From the IMG/VR virus record IMGVR_UViG_3300020050_005398, positions 1 through 64,000 of that record: a stretch of 64,000 bases of DNA. One strand, written 5' to 3'. Positions 28,185-37,128 of the stretch are shown piece by piece. Position 1 is the first letter of the stretch; every line of letters begins with the position of its first letter. Origin of the DNA: a virus (taxonomy: Duplodnaviria > Caudoviricetes). Made by a program: the position numbers and the translations under genes. A model generated the notes under the pieces. It was not told the DNA's origin and did not search any database. It saw only the letters and a list, made by a program, of their open reading frames with translations.

Positions 28185-28475
28185 TCAATACCAATTAATT
28201 GTTTCTGTAATGATTTTGTAAGTCTTGTCTTTTCCAAATACATTAATTGCTTTATAAATCATATATTCAAGTTGTTTTCTGGTTTGAGTTTCTTCGTTGT
28301 ACAGCTCAAAGTAGTCTGCACACCAACCAACCCCATCGGTTTCTTCTCCTTCTAGAATAAGATCGTAATCCCAGTCAAACCCGATAATCATCATTGGTTT
28401 ATCACCATATCGAAAATCTTCAGGATCGTGTGTGCGAACTACAACATCACCTATTTTAAACTTGTAATCGCTCAT
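28185..28475 (-). CDS. Hypothetical protein (FK.GDVVVRT module, paralog of 42103..42636)
   Basis: Shared N-terminus and YFELY motif. Confidence 0.55.
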   Translation of the reverse strand: MSDYKFKIGDVVVRTHDPEDFRYGDKPMMIIGFDWDYDLILEGEETDGVGWCADYFELYNEETQTRKQLEYMIYKAINVFGKDKTYKIITETINWY

Positions 28476-28756
28476 TCTGTCTCCTTGGTTAAAATATCAA
28501 ATGACTCTGCAAATACAAAATCGCTGGATTTATCTTCGGATTCAATTACCTCTGCATCCGAAGGTTTAATGAAGTTAATGCAATTCCAGTGTCCACCTTC
28601 TCTAGCCCAGTAGAGCATACCTTCGGTAGCATTGAAGGTTACTTTGTGGATGTGAACTACAGTTCCTACAAGATTGTTATACCAGTAGGATTTATCTTGG
28701 CAATTAATGATTTTTACTAACAAAGTATAATCTCCTTGGTTAAATAGCATTAACAA
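28472..28756 (-). CDS. Hypothetical protein
   Basis: Overlapping operon arrangement. Confidence 0.5.
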   Translation of the reverse strand: MLMLFNQGDYTLLVKIINCQDKSYWYNNLVGTVVHIHKVTFNATEGMLYWAREGGHWNCINFIKPSDAEVIESEDKSSDFVFAESFDILTKETE

Positions 28757-29015
28757 CTTCTTCTAATTCAAGAAATCTTGAAAAAGCAATCTTATCAGAA
28801 ATACCGCCTGTATTATATTCCCAGCAAATATCACTAATTTTACCCGTGATAGAATATAACACGTTTGACTTACTTTCACTGGCAGCGAGATGTTTATCAA
28901 CACTTTTAATCAAACGCTGATTAACATTGCGGGATTCTTCAAGTTCTTGAATCAGCTTAAAATAAGCAGGTAACACTTGTTCCAATGTAAGGTTTGTTTC
29001 TGGAATGTTACTCAT
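28740..29015 (-). CDS. Hypothetical protein
   Basis: AAGGAG RBS. Confidence 0.55.
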   Translation of the reverse strand: MSNIPETNLTLEQVLPAYFKLIQELEESRNVNQRLIKSVDKHLAASESKSNVLYSITGKISDICWEYNTGGISDKIAFSRFLELEEVVNAI

Positions 29016-29028
29016 AAAATCTCCTTAA

Positions 29029-29280
29029 TTAAAATTCAGTCAATCGTTTAGCGACACGAGAATCTCTGGTTTTATTCCGAATAGGAACAATAGCAGATTG
29101 ATCCAAGTATAACCTAAATTCGCGTACTACGGCTGAACTACCAGAAGAATATACTCGCAGTTTCAAACAAGCAAGTTCTGCTTGGTAGTGCGATAAGTAA
29201 TAACCCGAGATTCGCTTCTGCGTTGATTCATCAAATACACACCAGAGCAGATCGAATTCTTGATTAGTGTAGTATGTCAA
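29029..29280 (-). CDS. Hypothetical protein
   Basis: GGAG RBS, TTG start. Confidence 0.5.
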   Translation of the reverse strand: MTYYTNQEFDLLWCVFDESTQKRISGYYLSHYQAELACLKLRVYSSGSSAVVREFRLYLDQSAIVPIRNKTRDSRVAKRLTEF

Positions 29281-29604
29281 TTAAATTACTCCGTTAACAA
29301 TCAACGAACAGCTAGAACCTGTAAGAGTAACGCACTTACTATCAACTTTGAGTTTTTCTTCTTTAGTCATTTCTTCGCAATAACTACCAATTCCGTCTTT
29401 CCATTTGTAAACCGCATATGAACCTTTCACAACATTACCATTACTGCAAGTAACGAGCGATGGGTTATTAACAAAGTAATGAGCCTTGATTTTATCTGGA
29501 AACACCTCACGTACTTTATACAGGCTCAATGTTCCTCGTGAAGATGTTGAAGCGTAAGCAATCGTGTCACCTACTTTGATTTCATTACCGAGCATATCTT
29601 TCAT
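29281..29604 (-). CDS. Hypothetical protein (DMLGNEIKVGD..AY, SH3/KOW-like)
   Basis: AAGGAG RBS. Confidence 0.55.
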   Translation of the reverse strand: MKDMLGNEIKVGDTIAYASTSSRGTLSLYKVREVFPDKIKAHYFVNNPSLVTCSNGNVVKGSYAVYKWKDGIGSYCEEMTKEEKLKVDSKCVTLTGSSCSLIVNGVI

Positions 29605-29814
29605 GTTTATTCTCCTTAGTTAATACGCAACAACACCCACAAAACTACCATCTTCATTGAAACCAAATTCAACCTCATAGTCGTTATCTGTAAATAATGT
29701 AATATTCATGACATCATAAAGACAGTGTTTGGTTCCAATATCTTCAAGAACATAGATCAACTTTTCTTTATCTGTCATATCATGGTAATCTTTTTGCATG
29801 TTTACTCCTTTACT

Positions 29815-30081
29815 TTACCACAAATCTTCTGAATACAATTCCGGGCCTTGGTAATACTGACTACCTTGTCTCCGGTTTAATTGACCGTTTTCTTTAGCTA
29901 GTTGCACGGCTTCTTTTCTATTCAAAAATACACCAGAAGTAGTAATAAACCCTTCATTGGTAAAGCCACAACCACCTGCAACATTGTTAATGACTCTAAA
30001 TACGTTGTGGTGACGATTTGGCGCTGGAAGCGAATAAAGAGTACCGTTATACACAACAGCTACACCTACAATTTTTTCCAA
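29815..30081 (-). CDS. Hypothetical phage protein (P.RHH / GFITT.G.FL.RKEA type)
   Basis: AGGAG RBS; motif familiar from phage genomes. Confidence 0.55.
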   Translation of the reverse strand: MEKIVGVAVVYNGTLYSLPAPNRHHNVFRVINNVAGGCGFTNEGFITTSGVFLNRKEAVQLAKENGQLNRRQGSQYYQGPELYSEDLW

Positions 30082-30096
30082 AGTAAATCTCCTGTA

Positions 30097-30948
30097 TCAA
30101 CCGGGTTTAATCCAACGTCCTTGCTTACCGAGCAACATCGGTTCTAGCGTTGGAATACCGTTGATTATAACAGCAATTCCGATGATTGGTTTCTTCAGGT
30201 TGAGTTTATTGTAAGCAAAAGCCAACGATTTATTATCAACGAGACAGCCGATCTGCAATCCCCAAAACAAACCGTTAGGATTAGCCCAATAACGAACGTC
30301 AAATGAATTGTGGTTGTGCCCTTGTACAGCATTCATTCCCATTGTCTGTGACAGCTTGAGAACGTCAGAAGTCTTAGCGTGATGAAAGTAGCATTGTTGA
30401 CCGTTGGACAAAGTAATCGTCAAGTCATCATGCCATTTCCAACCTTCACCTACTCCAAGCACATCGTTATATGACTTGATGTAATGCTTGGGAAACCCAT
30501 GAGTTTTTGCTTTGCGATACGCAAGTGAACCATGATTAGACTCAAGAATATCCATTACTGGAAACATACGTTCAAGCTGCTTGATATGCTTACGAGCTAG
30601 AGCAAGTTCATGTCCTGCTGAATACAAATCAGGATCACTGTCGTGGTAACTTAGTGAGTGATTATCCTCGAGGTCTCCCAACGAAATAACCCGTGTAGGT
30701 TCGTACTTATCCTTCAGATAACTCAAGAATTCAAACGAATCTTTATGGTGGTACGGAATGTGCATATCACTAATTAGCAGAATACGGGAATTATCCTGAA
30801 GTTCTTTCTGCTTAGAACCAACGATTCGGTTGTACCGTTCGTTTACCCCTGACTTACTGATTCCAAGTAAAGTAGCGATTGCTCTGCTGGATTTACCTTC
30901 GTTCTTTAACGCGATAATGCAATCGTCAATACTCTTTGTATAGCTCAA
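30097..30948 (-). CDS. Calcineurin-like metallophosphoesterase with N-terminal HTH
   Basis: ISD.HIPY, LGD.ED, SNH, HH, QGH.H; N-terminal SSRAIATLLGISKSGVNE. Confidence 0.8.
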   Translation of the reverse strand: MSYTKSIDDCIIALKNEGKSSRAIATLLGISKSGVNERYNRIVGSKQKELQDNSRILLISDMHIPYHHKDSFEFLSYLKDKYEPTRVISLGDLEDNHSLSYHDSDPDLYSAGHELALARKHIKQLERMFPVMDILESNHGSLAYRKAKTHGFPKHYIKSYNDVLGVGEGWKWHDDLTITLSNGQQCYFHHAKTSDVLKLSQTMGMNAVQGHNHNSFDVRYWANPNGLFWGLQIGCLVDNKSLAFAYNKLNLKKPIIGIAVIINGIPTLEPMLLGKQGRWIKPG

Positions 30949-31220
30949 ACAGATTCTCCTTCTTGGTTGTTATCGAGTTGTTGTACTTCGGTAATCAGTT
31001 CTAATGCAGTTCGCTTACCTTCAATCCAGTAAGCATTTTCTTCTTCCCACTTCCCACCTTCATAAACATCATCGTTATCAATATACCACTGCAAAGCATT
31101 GCTCAACTTAACTATCAAATCGTGTTGTACTCTAAGTAAGGACGCAGCTTCCCAACCTTCTTTTGTTTGAATCCAAGGACTACAATCATCAAGAGCATCT
31201 GCAAGTTCGTAAGCCCTCAC
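30945..31220 (-). CDS. Hypothetical protein
   Basis: GGAG RBS, overlapping operon. Confidence 0.5.
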   Translation of the reverse strand: MRAYELADALDDCSPWIQTKEGWEAASLLRVQHDLIVKLSNALQWYIDNDDVYEGGKWEEENAYWIEGKRTALELITEVQQLDNNQEGESV

Positions 31221-31465
31221 TTTGACTCTCCTTGGTTAAATTCTGTTGTACTAAAGAACCACTCATAGAACAGTGCAGCGCCAATGTTTAATTCTTGTGT
31301 AAGATCAAACTGAGTCTTACCGTTATACAAGTATTGATACCGAATGTAATTCAAAATGTCAGTGAAAGTTTCTTGCAAGTATTCGCTCTGCTTAAAATCT
31401 TCAGATTGCAACGTATGCTTAACGTATGCAAGCAAATGGTGATAATCTACAACATCGTTTTTCAT
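31217..31465 (-). CDS. Hypothetical protein
   Basis: ATGA overlap. Confidence 0.5.
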   Translation of the reverse strand: MKNDVVDYHHLLAYVKHTLQSEDFKQSEYLQETFTDILNYIRYQYLYNGKTQFDLTQELNIGAALFYEWFFSTTEFNQGESK

Positions 31466-31983
31466 TGGTTTCCTTTCGTTTTATCCAAAACATTAACAAT
31501 CCGTTCAAACCCAAGACTTCTATCCATCGTTGCTTTTGCAAAGTATTCCTTACGTTGCTTCGGGTTTGAGCCACGATTATACCCTAGTTCTACTAAGCAT
31601 TTATTCTGTTGTTCAGCATTTAGTTTGTTAAACAGAACTTTTACTCGTTTGATCCAACCTGGATGACGATAGCGTGTATCCGGTTGTTTTTCTGTACGTT
31701 CAATGTAGTCTGCTGCCTGCCGTAAGAACGATGGTAAACCTTCTGGATACCAGTGGTTGAGATAACGTACAGAAAGATTCTCCAGTTTACCTAGAAGCAT
31801 ATTAGATTGCTTGTACAGAACTCCACGTACAAATTGCTGCTCATTGTGAACATGATCTAAGTGCAAATCACGTAAGTTAAACTGCTTGTTTGACAATGCA
31901 CATTTACCAAGCTGTTCATCGTAGAGTAATTGACGTACTGTTGCTACGTCTTTTGCTGTGTACAGGTCTTGTGTTACTGTCAA
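31462..31983 (-). CDS. Endonuclease VII-like resolvase
   Basis: Q.GKCAL, HLDH.H, VRGVL....N..LGK.EN. Confidence 0.75.
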   Translation of the reverse strand: MTVTQDLYTAKDVATVRQLLYDEQLGKCALSNKQFNLRDLHLDHVHNEQQFVRGVLYKQSNMLLGKLENLSVRYLNHWYPEGLPSFLRQAADYIERTEKQPDTRYRHPGWIKRVKVLFNKLNAEQQNKCLVELGYNRGSNPKQRKEYFAKATMDRSLGFERIVNVLDKTKGNQ

Positions 31984-32174
31984 GACTCTTTCTCCTTACC
32001 AAAGTTGTTTTTGAAAACTATCTTATATTCGCTGGACAACGGTCTAATGCTAGTATAGAAATCCTGAGTAACAACAGCACCATAACCAGAGTCGTACAAT
32101 ACGAGATATGAACCTTTTGGTAGAAGAAGTCTTTCGTTTGTATGTCTATTCACAGCATAAAATTTAACACTCAC
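31980..32174 (-). CDS. Hypothetical protein
   Basis: Overlaps neighbours. Confidence 0.45.
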   Translation of the reverse strand: MSVKFYAVNRHTNERLLLPKGSYLVLYDSGYGAVVTQDFYTSIRPLSSEYKIVFKNNFGKEKES

Positions 32175-33130
32175 AATACAACTCCATATTTATCAAAGAA
32201 TTCACCAGCGATTAACTGATCATCTATACTCTCCTTCATTTTCGCACATCTAAAATAGAGTTCCAGCATTGATTTCCAATCTACTTCGTGCGTAACACCG
32301 CTCCAATCAACGTAGGTAAACTTGTCCGGATACCATTGCTTGTACTTTTCAATTACCTTCAGAAGTATTTCTTGCGGTGTCTTGCAGTCAACCAAGTCTT
32401 TATAGCAAGCTACATCACCGTACTTTGCTGTAGTTAAATCCGTAGGTTTATATACATCGCTAGGATCACCTACTAACCATTGATAAGCAATCCAAGGAAT
32501 ACCGTAGGATTTAAAGCTGCGTTCAACTAGCTCAATATAGTGCATCGCTTGGATACTGAACAGTTGGTCAGGCTCCGTTGAGTAATTTCCAATCTTCATC
32601 CCAACGAATTGCTTCGCGTCTTTATCTGGTGCAAGAACACAAGAATCTTCTCCTTGACGTAATGATTCGTAGGCTAAAAGAGCAGAGTGATCGTCGCATT
32701 CGTGTCCAATAGGGCTAATCGAATTATACCTACATTTCATGTAGTCATGACAAGCCTTCAGATGTAACGGACGTAACGTACTTTCCCTGTTACTCTTATA
32801 CCTCTTTGGTAACGGTAAATCCCTACGAAAGTTATTACTGTCCCCTGCAACGAAGATAACATCACAGAAATCAAACCTGCTTATAATACCTTCAGCAGAT
32901 AACTTGACTGAATGCAGAGCATTTTCTACAGGTGAAGCTGTCTGAACATCCTTGATAATATAGTCAGGAGTAATCTGCTTGTCTTTACTTTGCATATACT
33001 TCTTGAATTCAGTTCTGGTTTTAAACTGCTTTTCAACTGAAGTTGGTTCATGCGTAACAACAATAGTTCTTTCTTCGTTTACTGCTGCTGCTGAATATAG
33101 TAGGGTATCTGCGTCTACGAATACTTTCAT
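32171..33130 (-). CDS. 5'-3' exonuclease (T7 gp6 / RNase H-like)
   Basis: VDADTLLY, NFR..L...Y K.NR....RP..L, ECDD, DKD..Q, GD.SD. Confidence 0.8.
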   Translation of the reverse strand: MKVFVDADTLLYSAAAVNEERTIVVTHEPTSVEKQFKTRTEFKKYMQSKDKQITPDYIIKDVQTASPVENALHSVKLSAEGIISRFDFCDVIFVAGDSNNFRRDLPLPKRYKSNRESTLRPLHLKACHDYMKCRYNSISPIGHECDDHSALLAYESLRQGEDSCVLAPDKDAKQFVGMKIGNYSTEPDQLFSIQAMHYIELVERSFKSYGIPWIAYQWLVGDPSDVYKPTDLTTAKYGDVACYKDLVDCKTPQEILLKVIEKYKQWYPDKFTYVDWSGVTHEVDWKSMLELYFRCAKMKESIDDQLIAGEFFDKYGVVL

Positions 33131-33339
33131 TCGTTATCCTTAACGTAAACGTCTTCGTTTACTTGCTTTACTTCAACGAAGATGTATAAATCGTCGGTTG
33201 TACAATCAGGTACAAGTCCTGTTTCTTGTTGTTCACTGCAAAGTCGCAGAGATTGTTTCTCGAAATAACAACCATTACAACCTATTGTCGGCTCTGCGCA
33301 TTTAAGCACAACCCCGTTAAATTCAAACGTATTACTCAC
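33127..33339 (-). CDS. Small Cys-containing hypothetical protein
   Basis: C.GCYF; similar to the N-termini of 35390 and 36845. Confidence 0.5.
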   Translation of the reverse strand: MSNTFEFNGVVLKCAEPTIGCNGCYFEKQSLRLCSEQQETGLVPDCTTDDLYIFVEVKQVNEDVYVKDNE

Positions 33340-33550
33340 AATTCATTCCTTACTGTTAATACTAACCCAAACACAAAATAACCACAGATACTGCAACAGG
33401 AACACCGCCACAGCAGCACTCAGTACAACATCTTGCGTTTCAATACCTTCAATCAGATTTTCTATTGCAATAAATAAGTGTTCCATCCAACGATCCTTTC
33501 TTTGTTAAAAATCTGATTGTACTACGGTTTGATGTTACCTACGTTCAGAT

Positions 33551-33580
33551 AAAGAAAACCCCCTAGAATAAACTAGGGGT
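33551..33580 (-). terminator. Rho-independent terminator
   Basis: CCCCTAG/CTAGGGG stem, minus-strand T-tract. Confidence 0.7.
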
Positions 33581-33592
33581 ATATGTTAAGTG

Positions 33593-33853
33593 TTACGCGA
33601 CTTCTTCGATTTTATCCAGAAGTTCTTGAGTCTTGCTTTGCAGTTCCTCAAGTTTACCCTTAGCCTTAGCTACGGCAATCTTCTTGAGCAAAGCAGCGTC
33701 ATAACCAAGGTCTTTTGCTTGGTCACAAAGCTCCTTCATATCAGCATCAAGTGTAGCTTGTTCGTTGGCAATACCGAGCATAAGGTCAAGCATTGTATCT
33801 TCGGTTGGTTTATCTTTGGTTTGATCTGCTGTTTGATTTGTTTGGTTAGTCAT
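33593..33853 (-). CDS. GapR/DUF2312-like (T4 DsbA-like) dsDNA-binding protein
   Basis: E...LDAD.KE....AK..GYD...LKKI. Confidence 0.6.
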   Translation of the reverse strand: MTNQTNQTADQTKDKPTEDTMLDLMLGIANEQATLDADMKELCDQAKDLGYDAALLKKIAVAKAKGKLEELQSKTQELLDKIEEVA

Positions 33854-33892
33854 GGTTTGCCTTTCAGGAATGTGGTTTAGAGGCTTTGCTAT

Positions 33893-33975
33893 CTAGCTAG
33901 AAACGATTTAAATTGGGTTGTTGATACCTAGGTAGCCTACGAAGAAATAATCGCTAGAATCGCATTTAAATCAAC
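33893..33975 (+). repeat. Dispersed element, copy 3
   Basis: Core GTTGATACCTAGGTAGCCTACGAAGAAATAATCGCT at 33920-33955. Confidence 0.85.
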
Positions 33976-34002
33976 GTAGGTTACTTTGGCTAGATTGCTA
34001 GG

Positions 34003-34653
34003 TTAAAATGGGCAAGTTTCCTCATCATCTTCAACGGGGGCTTTCCTTGCTGGTTTAGCAGCAGGTTTAGCCGGTACTGTTGTCTTTGGTGCTACCTTCG
34101 GTTGTTCTGCTGGTTCGTCCTCCAAGAATTCACTACCTGCTTCACCTTCGTTTGACTCTGGTTTAACATACTCAATCAAATCTGTAACCAGTACATTCTT
34201 CAGAAAGATACTACCACCACCTGTTGACTTCTCAAACACATCCAAGCTCAACGCGCCCTTACTACCGTTAGCAACCAGTTTTGAATTGGTAATATCGACG
34301 ATCAACTTACCCTGCTTCTCAAAGACTTTCGGTTTGTACATTTCAGGTACAGGCTTACCTGTCTTACCAAGTTCCGTTGATTTACGCAGAGTAATAACCC
34401 AGACTTCATCCCCAGCTCCATCTGGAAGTTCGCACTTGTACTTTTCTTCAAATTCAGCAGATTCTACTTCTTTGATTGAAACAAGCGTATCAAGGCTCTT
34501 AGCGAACTTTTCAAATTCTTTCTTTACAGACTTATCTGTAATAACTACACTTGCTTTCCACTCATCAGGTTTAGGTGGAACACCTGCTTTAACAAATGCT
34601 TTAACAGGTTCTTGAACTTGAACATAGACCAGAGTACCTTCGATTTTCTTCAT
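34003..34653 (-). CDS. Single-stranded DNA-binding protein (T7 gp2.5-like)
   Basis: Acidic tail ending in F; P.V.......LV.NGS.G.L pattern; next to the replication genes. Confidence 0.6.
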   Translation of the reverse strand: MKKIEGTLVYVQVQEPVKAFVKAGVPPKPDEWKASVVITDKSVKKEFEKFAKSLDTLVSIKEVESAEFEEKYKCELPDGAGDEVWVITLRKSTELGKTGKPVPEMYKPKVFEKQGKLIVDITNSKLVANGSKGALSLDVFEKSTGGGSIFLKNVLVTDLIEYVKPESNEGEAGSEFLEDEPAEQPKVAPKTTVPAKPAAKPARKAPVEDDEETCPF

Positions 34654-34766
34654 ATATTTCCTTTTCAGATTTACGTTTACTTTATGTAGATTAACTACGA
34701 CTTTACTAACAGACTAACAGGTAGTTTTATTAGCTACGAACTACCAAACGTAGATTATATCTAAGG

Positions 34767-35213
34767 TTACACCTTAGAACGAATACCTTCAAGTTCTCCT
34801 GCGGTAGGTTTACGTGCCTGATTCCAGAACATTGTTTCACCATCTGCTGTATAACTTGTATAACCAGAACTCCACGAATATACAATACCCTCTTGTACAT
34901 TGGCAAAATACCTCAAGTTCCATTTTCCTGTGTCAAAATCACGAACCATAATCAGATCGTCTACTTTCCAATCATCATACGGTGAAACTTCAATTAGGTC
35001 GTGTCTTGACGCAGTGTTATTATCCCAGTACATACCACCTGCTGTATAACTCTCAAGCAGATCGCACTCATCAGATGTAATAAGCGCAACAACATTGTAT
35101 CCACATCCTCTCATGTCCGTGCAGATAATTCGTACAGACCGTCCGTCACGAGTCATGTACTTCTTGTCCATGCTAATTAACTTTGAATTATTAGCAGATG
35201 TTTCTTTTTCCAC
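34767..35213 (-). CDS. Modular hypothetical protein (Y.TRDGR.VRIIC.D + V.VRD....W..RYFA)
   Basis: AAGGAG RBS, GTG start. Confidence 0.6.
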   Translation of the reverse strand: MEKETSANNSKLISMDKKYMTRDGRSVRIICTDMRGCGYNVVALITSDECDLLESYTAGGMYWDNNTASRHDLIEVSPYDDWKVDDLIMVRDFDTGKWNLRYFANVQEGIVYSWSSGYTSYTADGETMFWNQARKPTAGELEGIRSKV

Positions 35214-35260
35214 GATTTACTCCTTTGTGTAAAAATTAACGGAATTTGCAACTAACCTAG

Positions 35261-35288
35261 ATTATACCTTAGATTCTACTCAAGTCAA
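35261..35288 (-). promoter_or_regulatory. Promoter TTGACT-16-TATAAT
   Basis: Minus strand, upstream of 34767..35213. Confidence 0.6.
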
Positions 35289-35389
35289 CACTTCAGTAAA
35301 ACCAGAAGTATTCACCGTAGAATAGTACAGAAAGTGCTGTTGCTGTAAATACCAGAAGTAACCACAAGTAAAATTCTTGTTTCATTTGA

Positions 35390-35788
35390 TTAACCGAACT
35401 TTTGTTTCAACTCAAGATACTGTTTTTCAATCTGCAAGAACTCTTGATATTCGCGGTGTTTGTGTTCAAGATATTCTTTGATAACACTTTCCATTTCATC
35501 ATATCTGTCCGTCATCTTACCCCACACGTTATACGCTTCAAGAAATTCAGTAAGCGTATACTTTGGTTGATCTGCTTGTTTAGTTGGTTGCACTTCAGCT
35601 TTCTTTTGTTGAGTAGGTTGTTTGATCCAGATAATACCAATACATCCGCCATGTGTGTTAGCTACGGTTTGACAATCATCAGCGTTGTATTCAAAGGCAC
35701 AACCTCTGCAACGGTATGTTTCTTTTACCGCTACATAGTACAAGTCATCACTTGCAATGTAAGGTTTCTTAGTGGTAACTGAGTTCAT
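35390..35788 (-). CDS. Hypothetical protein (C.GCAF N-terminal module)
   Basis: AAGGAG RBS. Confidence 0.55.
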   Translation of the reverse strand: MNSVTTKKPYIASDDLYYVAVKETYRCRGCAFEYNADDCQTVANTHGGCIGIIWIKQPTQQKKAEVQPTKQADQPKYTLTEFLEAYNVWGKMTDRYDEMESVIKEYLEHKHREYQEFLQIEKQYLELKQKFG

Positions 35789-35799
35789 AAACTACTCCT

Positions 35800-36576
35800 T
35801 CAAAAATAAGGTTGAACAGGGTCTTCGCAGAATTCTTTGCCATCGGCAGGTAACGCTTGAATTATAGCCTCGCATTCTGCGTTATACGCTGGTCTATACA
35901 AAGAATCTTTGATCAGTTTAGCAGCTTTTCTTGTTTCTTGAAGTTGTTCTGTCAGTTCTTTGATGCGTTTGTTCAAGCTATCCGCTTCGCGTTGCAATCT
36001 TGAGTATTCACTATCAGCTTTCAACGCAGCATTGTACCTGTCAACAACATCAGAAAGTTCTTTACGCGCATTGTCTACAAGGATGTTACGTTCATTTGCG
36101 GCTTTGTAGATGGTTGGGAATGTACTCAGGGGTTCATAGTACGCCTGCCAAGAGTACGTCTTACCATTACCGCCGCCACAGCCAGTGTCAAAACCAAGAT
36201 CACGAAGGATATTACTCGTGTTGAGTTGTTTCCACGAACTATCATAGTAGTAGTCACCTTTTACTACACCTTCGACAACATAAGTGATTACAACTCTGGA
36301 AGATTCACCAATACCAAGATCAAACACAAAGTCCTTACCATAGTGTTCACGCAAAGCTGTAGTTGCACGTTCTTCCAGCTCTTTAAACGAACGTGAAGTG
36401 CAGCGAATGTCAATCAAGGTATCACGCAGCTTAGTACGTTCAGCTTGATGCTGTTCTTCCTTGAGTTTATCTGCGGTGTGTTTCTGTTCGCATTTCAACG
36501 CTGCTTTTTCAGTAGCATAGCTTTTGTTACAAACTTCGCATTCGTACTTGACGGTTGGTTTTACTTGCTTAACCAT
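35800..36576 (-). CDS. Hypothetical protein with N-terminal CxxC and C-terminal coiled coil
   Basis: YECEVCNKSY.TE..A..CE..H. Confidence 0.6.
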   Translation of the reverse strand: MVKQVKPTVKYECEVCNKSYATEKAALKCEQKHTADKLKEEQHQAERTKLRDTLIDIRCTSRSFKELEERATTALREHYGKDFVFDLGIGESSRVVITYVVEGVVKGDYYYDSSWKQLNTSNILRDLGFDTGCGGGNGKTYSWQAYYEPLSTFPTIYKAANERNILVDNARKELSDVVDRYNAALKADSEYSRLQREADSLNKRIKELTEQLQETRKAAKLIKDSLYRPAYNAECEAIIQALPADGKEFCEDPVQPYF

Positions 36577-36579
36577 TGA

Positions 36580-36852
36580 TTACTCCTTTCCTATAAGGAA
36601 CATAGATACAACAATACGTTTAATAGTGTGCGGATCAAGTTGAATCCTACATCCCATGTCATTGAACATAAAACTCACAGTCTTATCGGCGAAATAGTCA
36701 GGGACTTTATGCGGGAGTTCTTCCAGCATTTGTTCGTAGATTAACCCCACTTCAACGAAAGATCGTTGTACGGATTCATCGTTGATGGTACGTTGGTATT
36801 CGTCGTATTCTTTTTGGAGAATACTGAAGATGTATTCGAGGTGTTCAGACAT
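36580..36852 (-). CDS. Hypothetical protein
   Basis: AAGGA RBS. Confidence 0.5.
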   Translation of the reverse strand: MSEHLEYIFSILQKEYDEYQRTINDESVQRSFVEVGLIYEQMLEELPHKVPDYFADKTVSFMFNDMGCRIQLDPHTIKRIVVSMFLIGKE

Positions 36853-37054
36853 TCATTGTTCCTTGTTTAATAACCTGCTTAATCCAAATAGTGTTACCAC
36901 ATGGATGATGATGTATATGGAATACGTTACAAGCTGCTTGTTTGTAGTCTCTATACGCTTCACAACCTCTGCAAAAATTGTCAGTTTTCACGCGCATATA
37001 AACATCAGAACCAATGTTGCTTGTCTTACCGTAGTCAATAAATGTTTTCTTCAT
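36845..37054 (-). CDS. Hypothetical protein (C.GC module)
   Basis: Shares C.GC...C....IWIKQ with 35390. Confidence 0.5.
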   Translation of the reverse strand: MKKTFIDYGKTSNIGSDVYMRVKTDNFCRGCEAYRDYKQAACNVFHIHHHPCGNTIWIKQVIKQGTMNV

Positions 37055-37128
37055 GTTAACCCTTTTGTTGGTGTGGTGAGCGTTCGCTAGAACGTGAACT
37101 TGGAACGCATTGTAGCAGATTTTAACCT

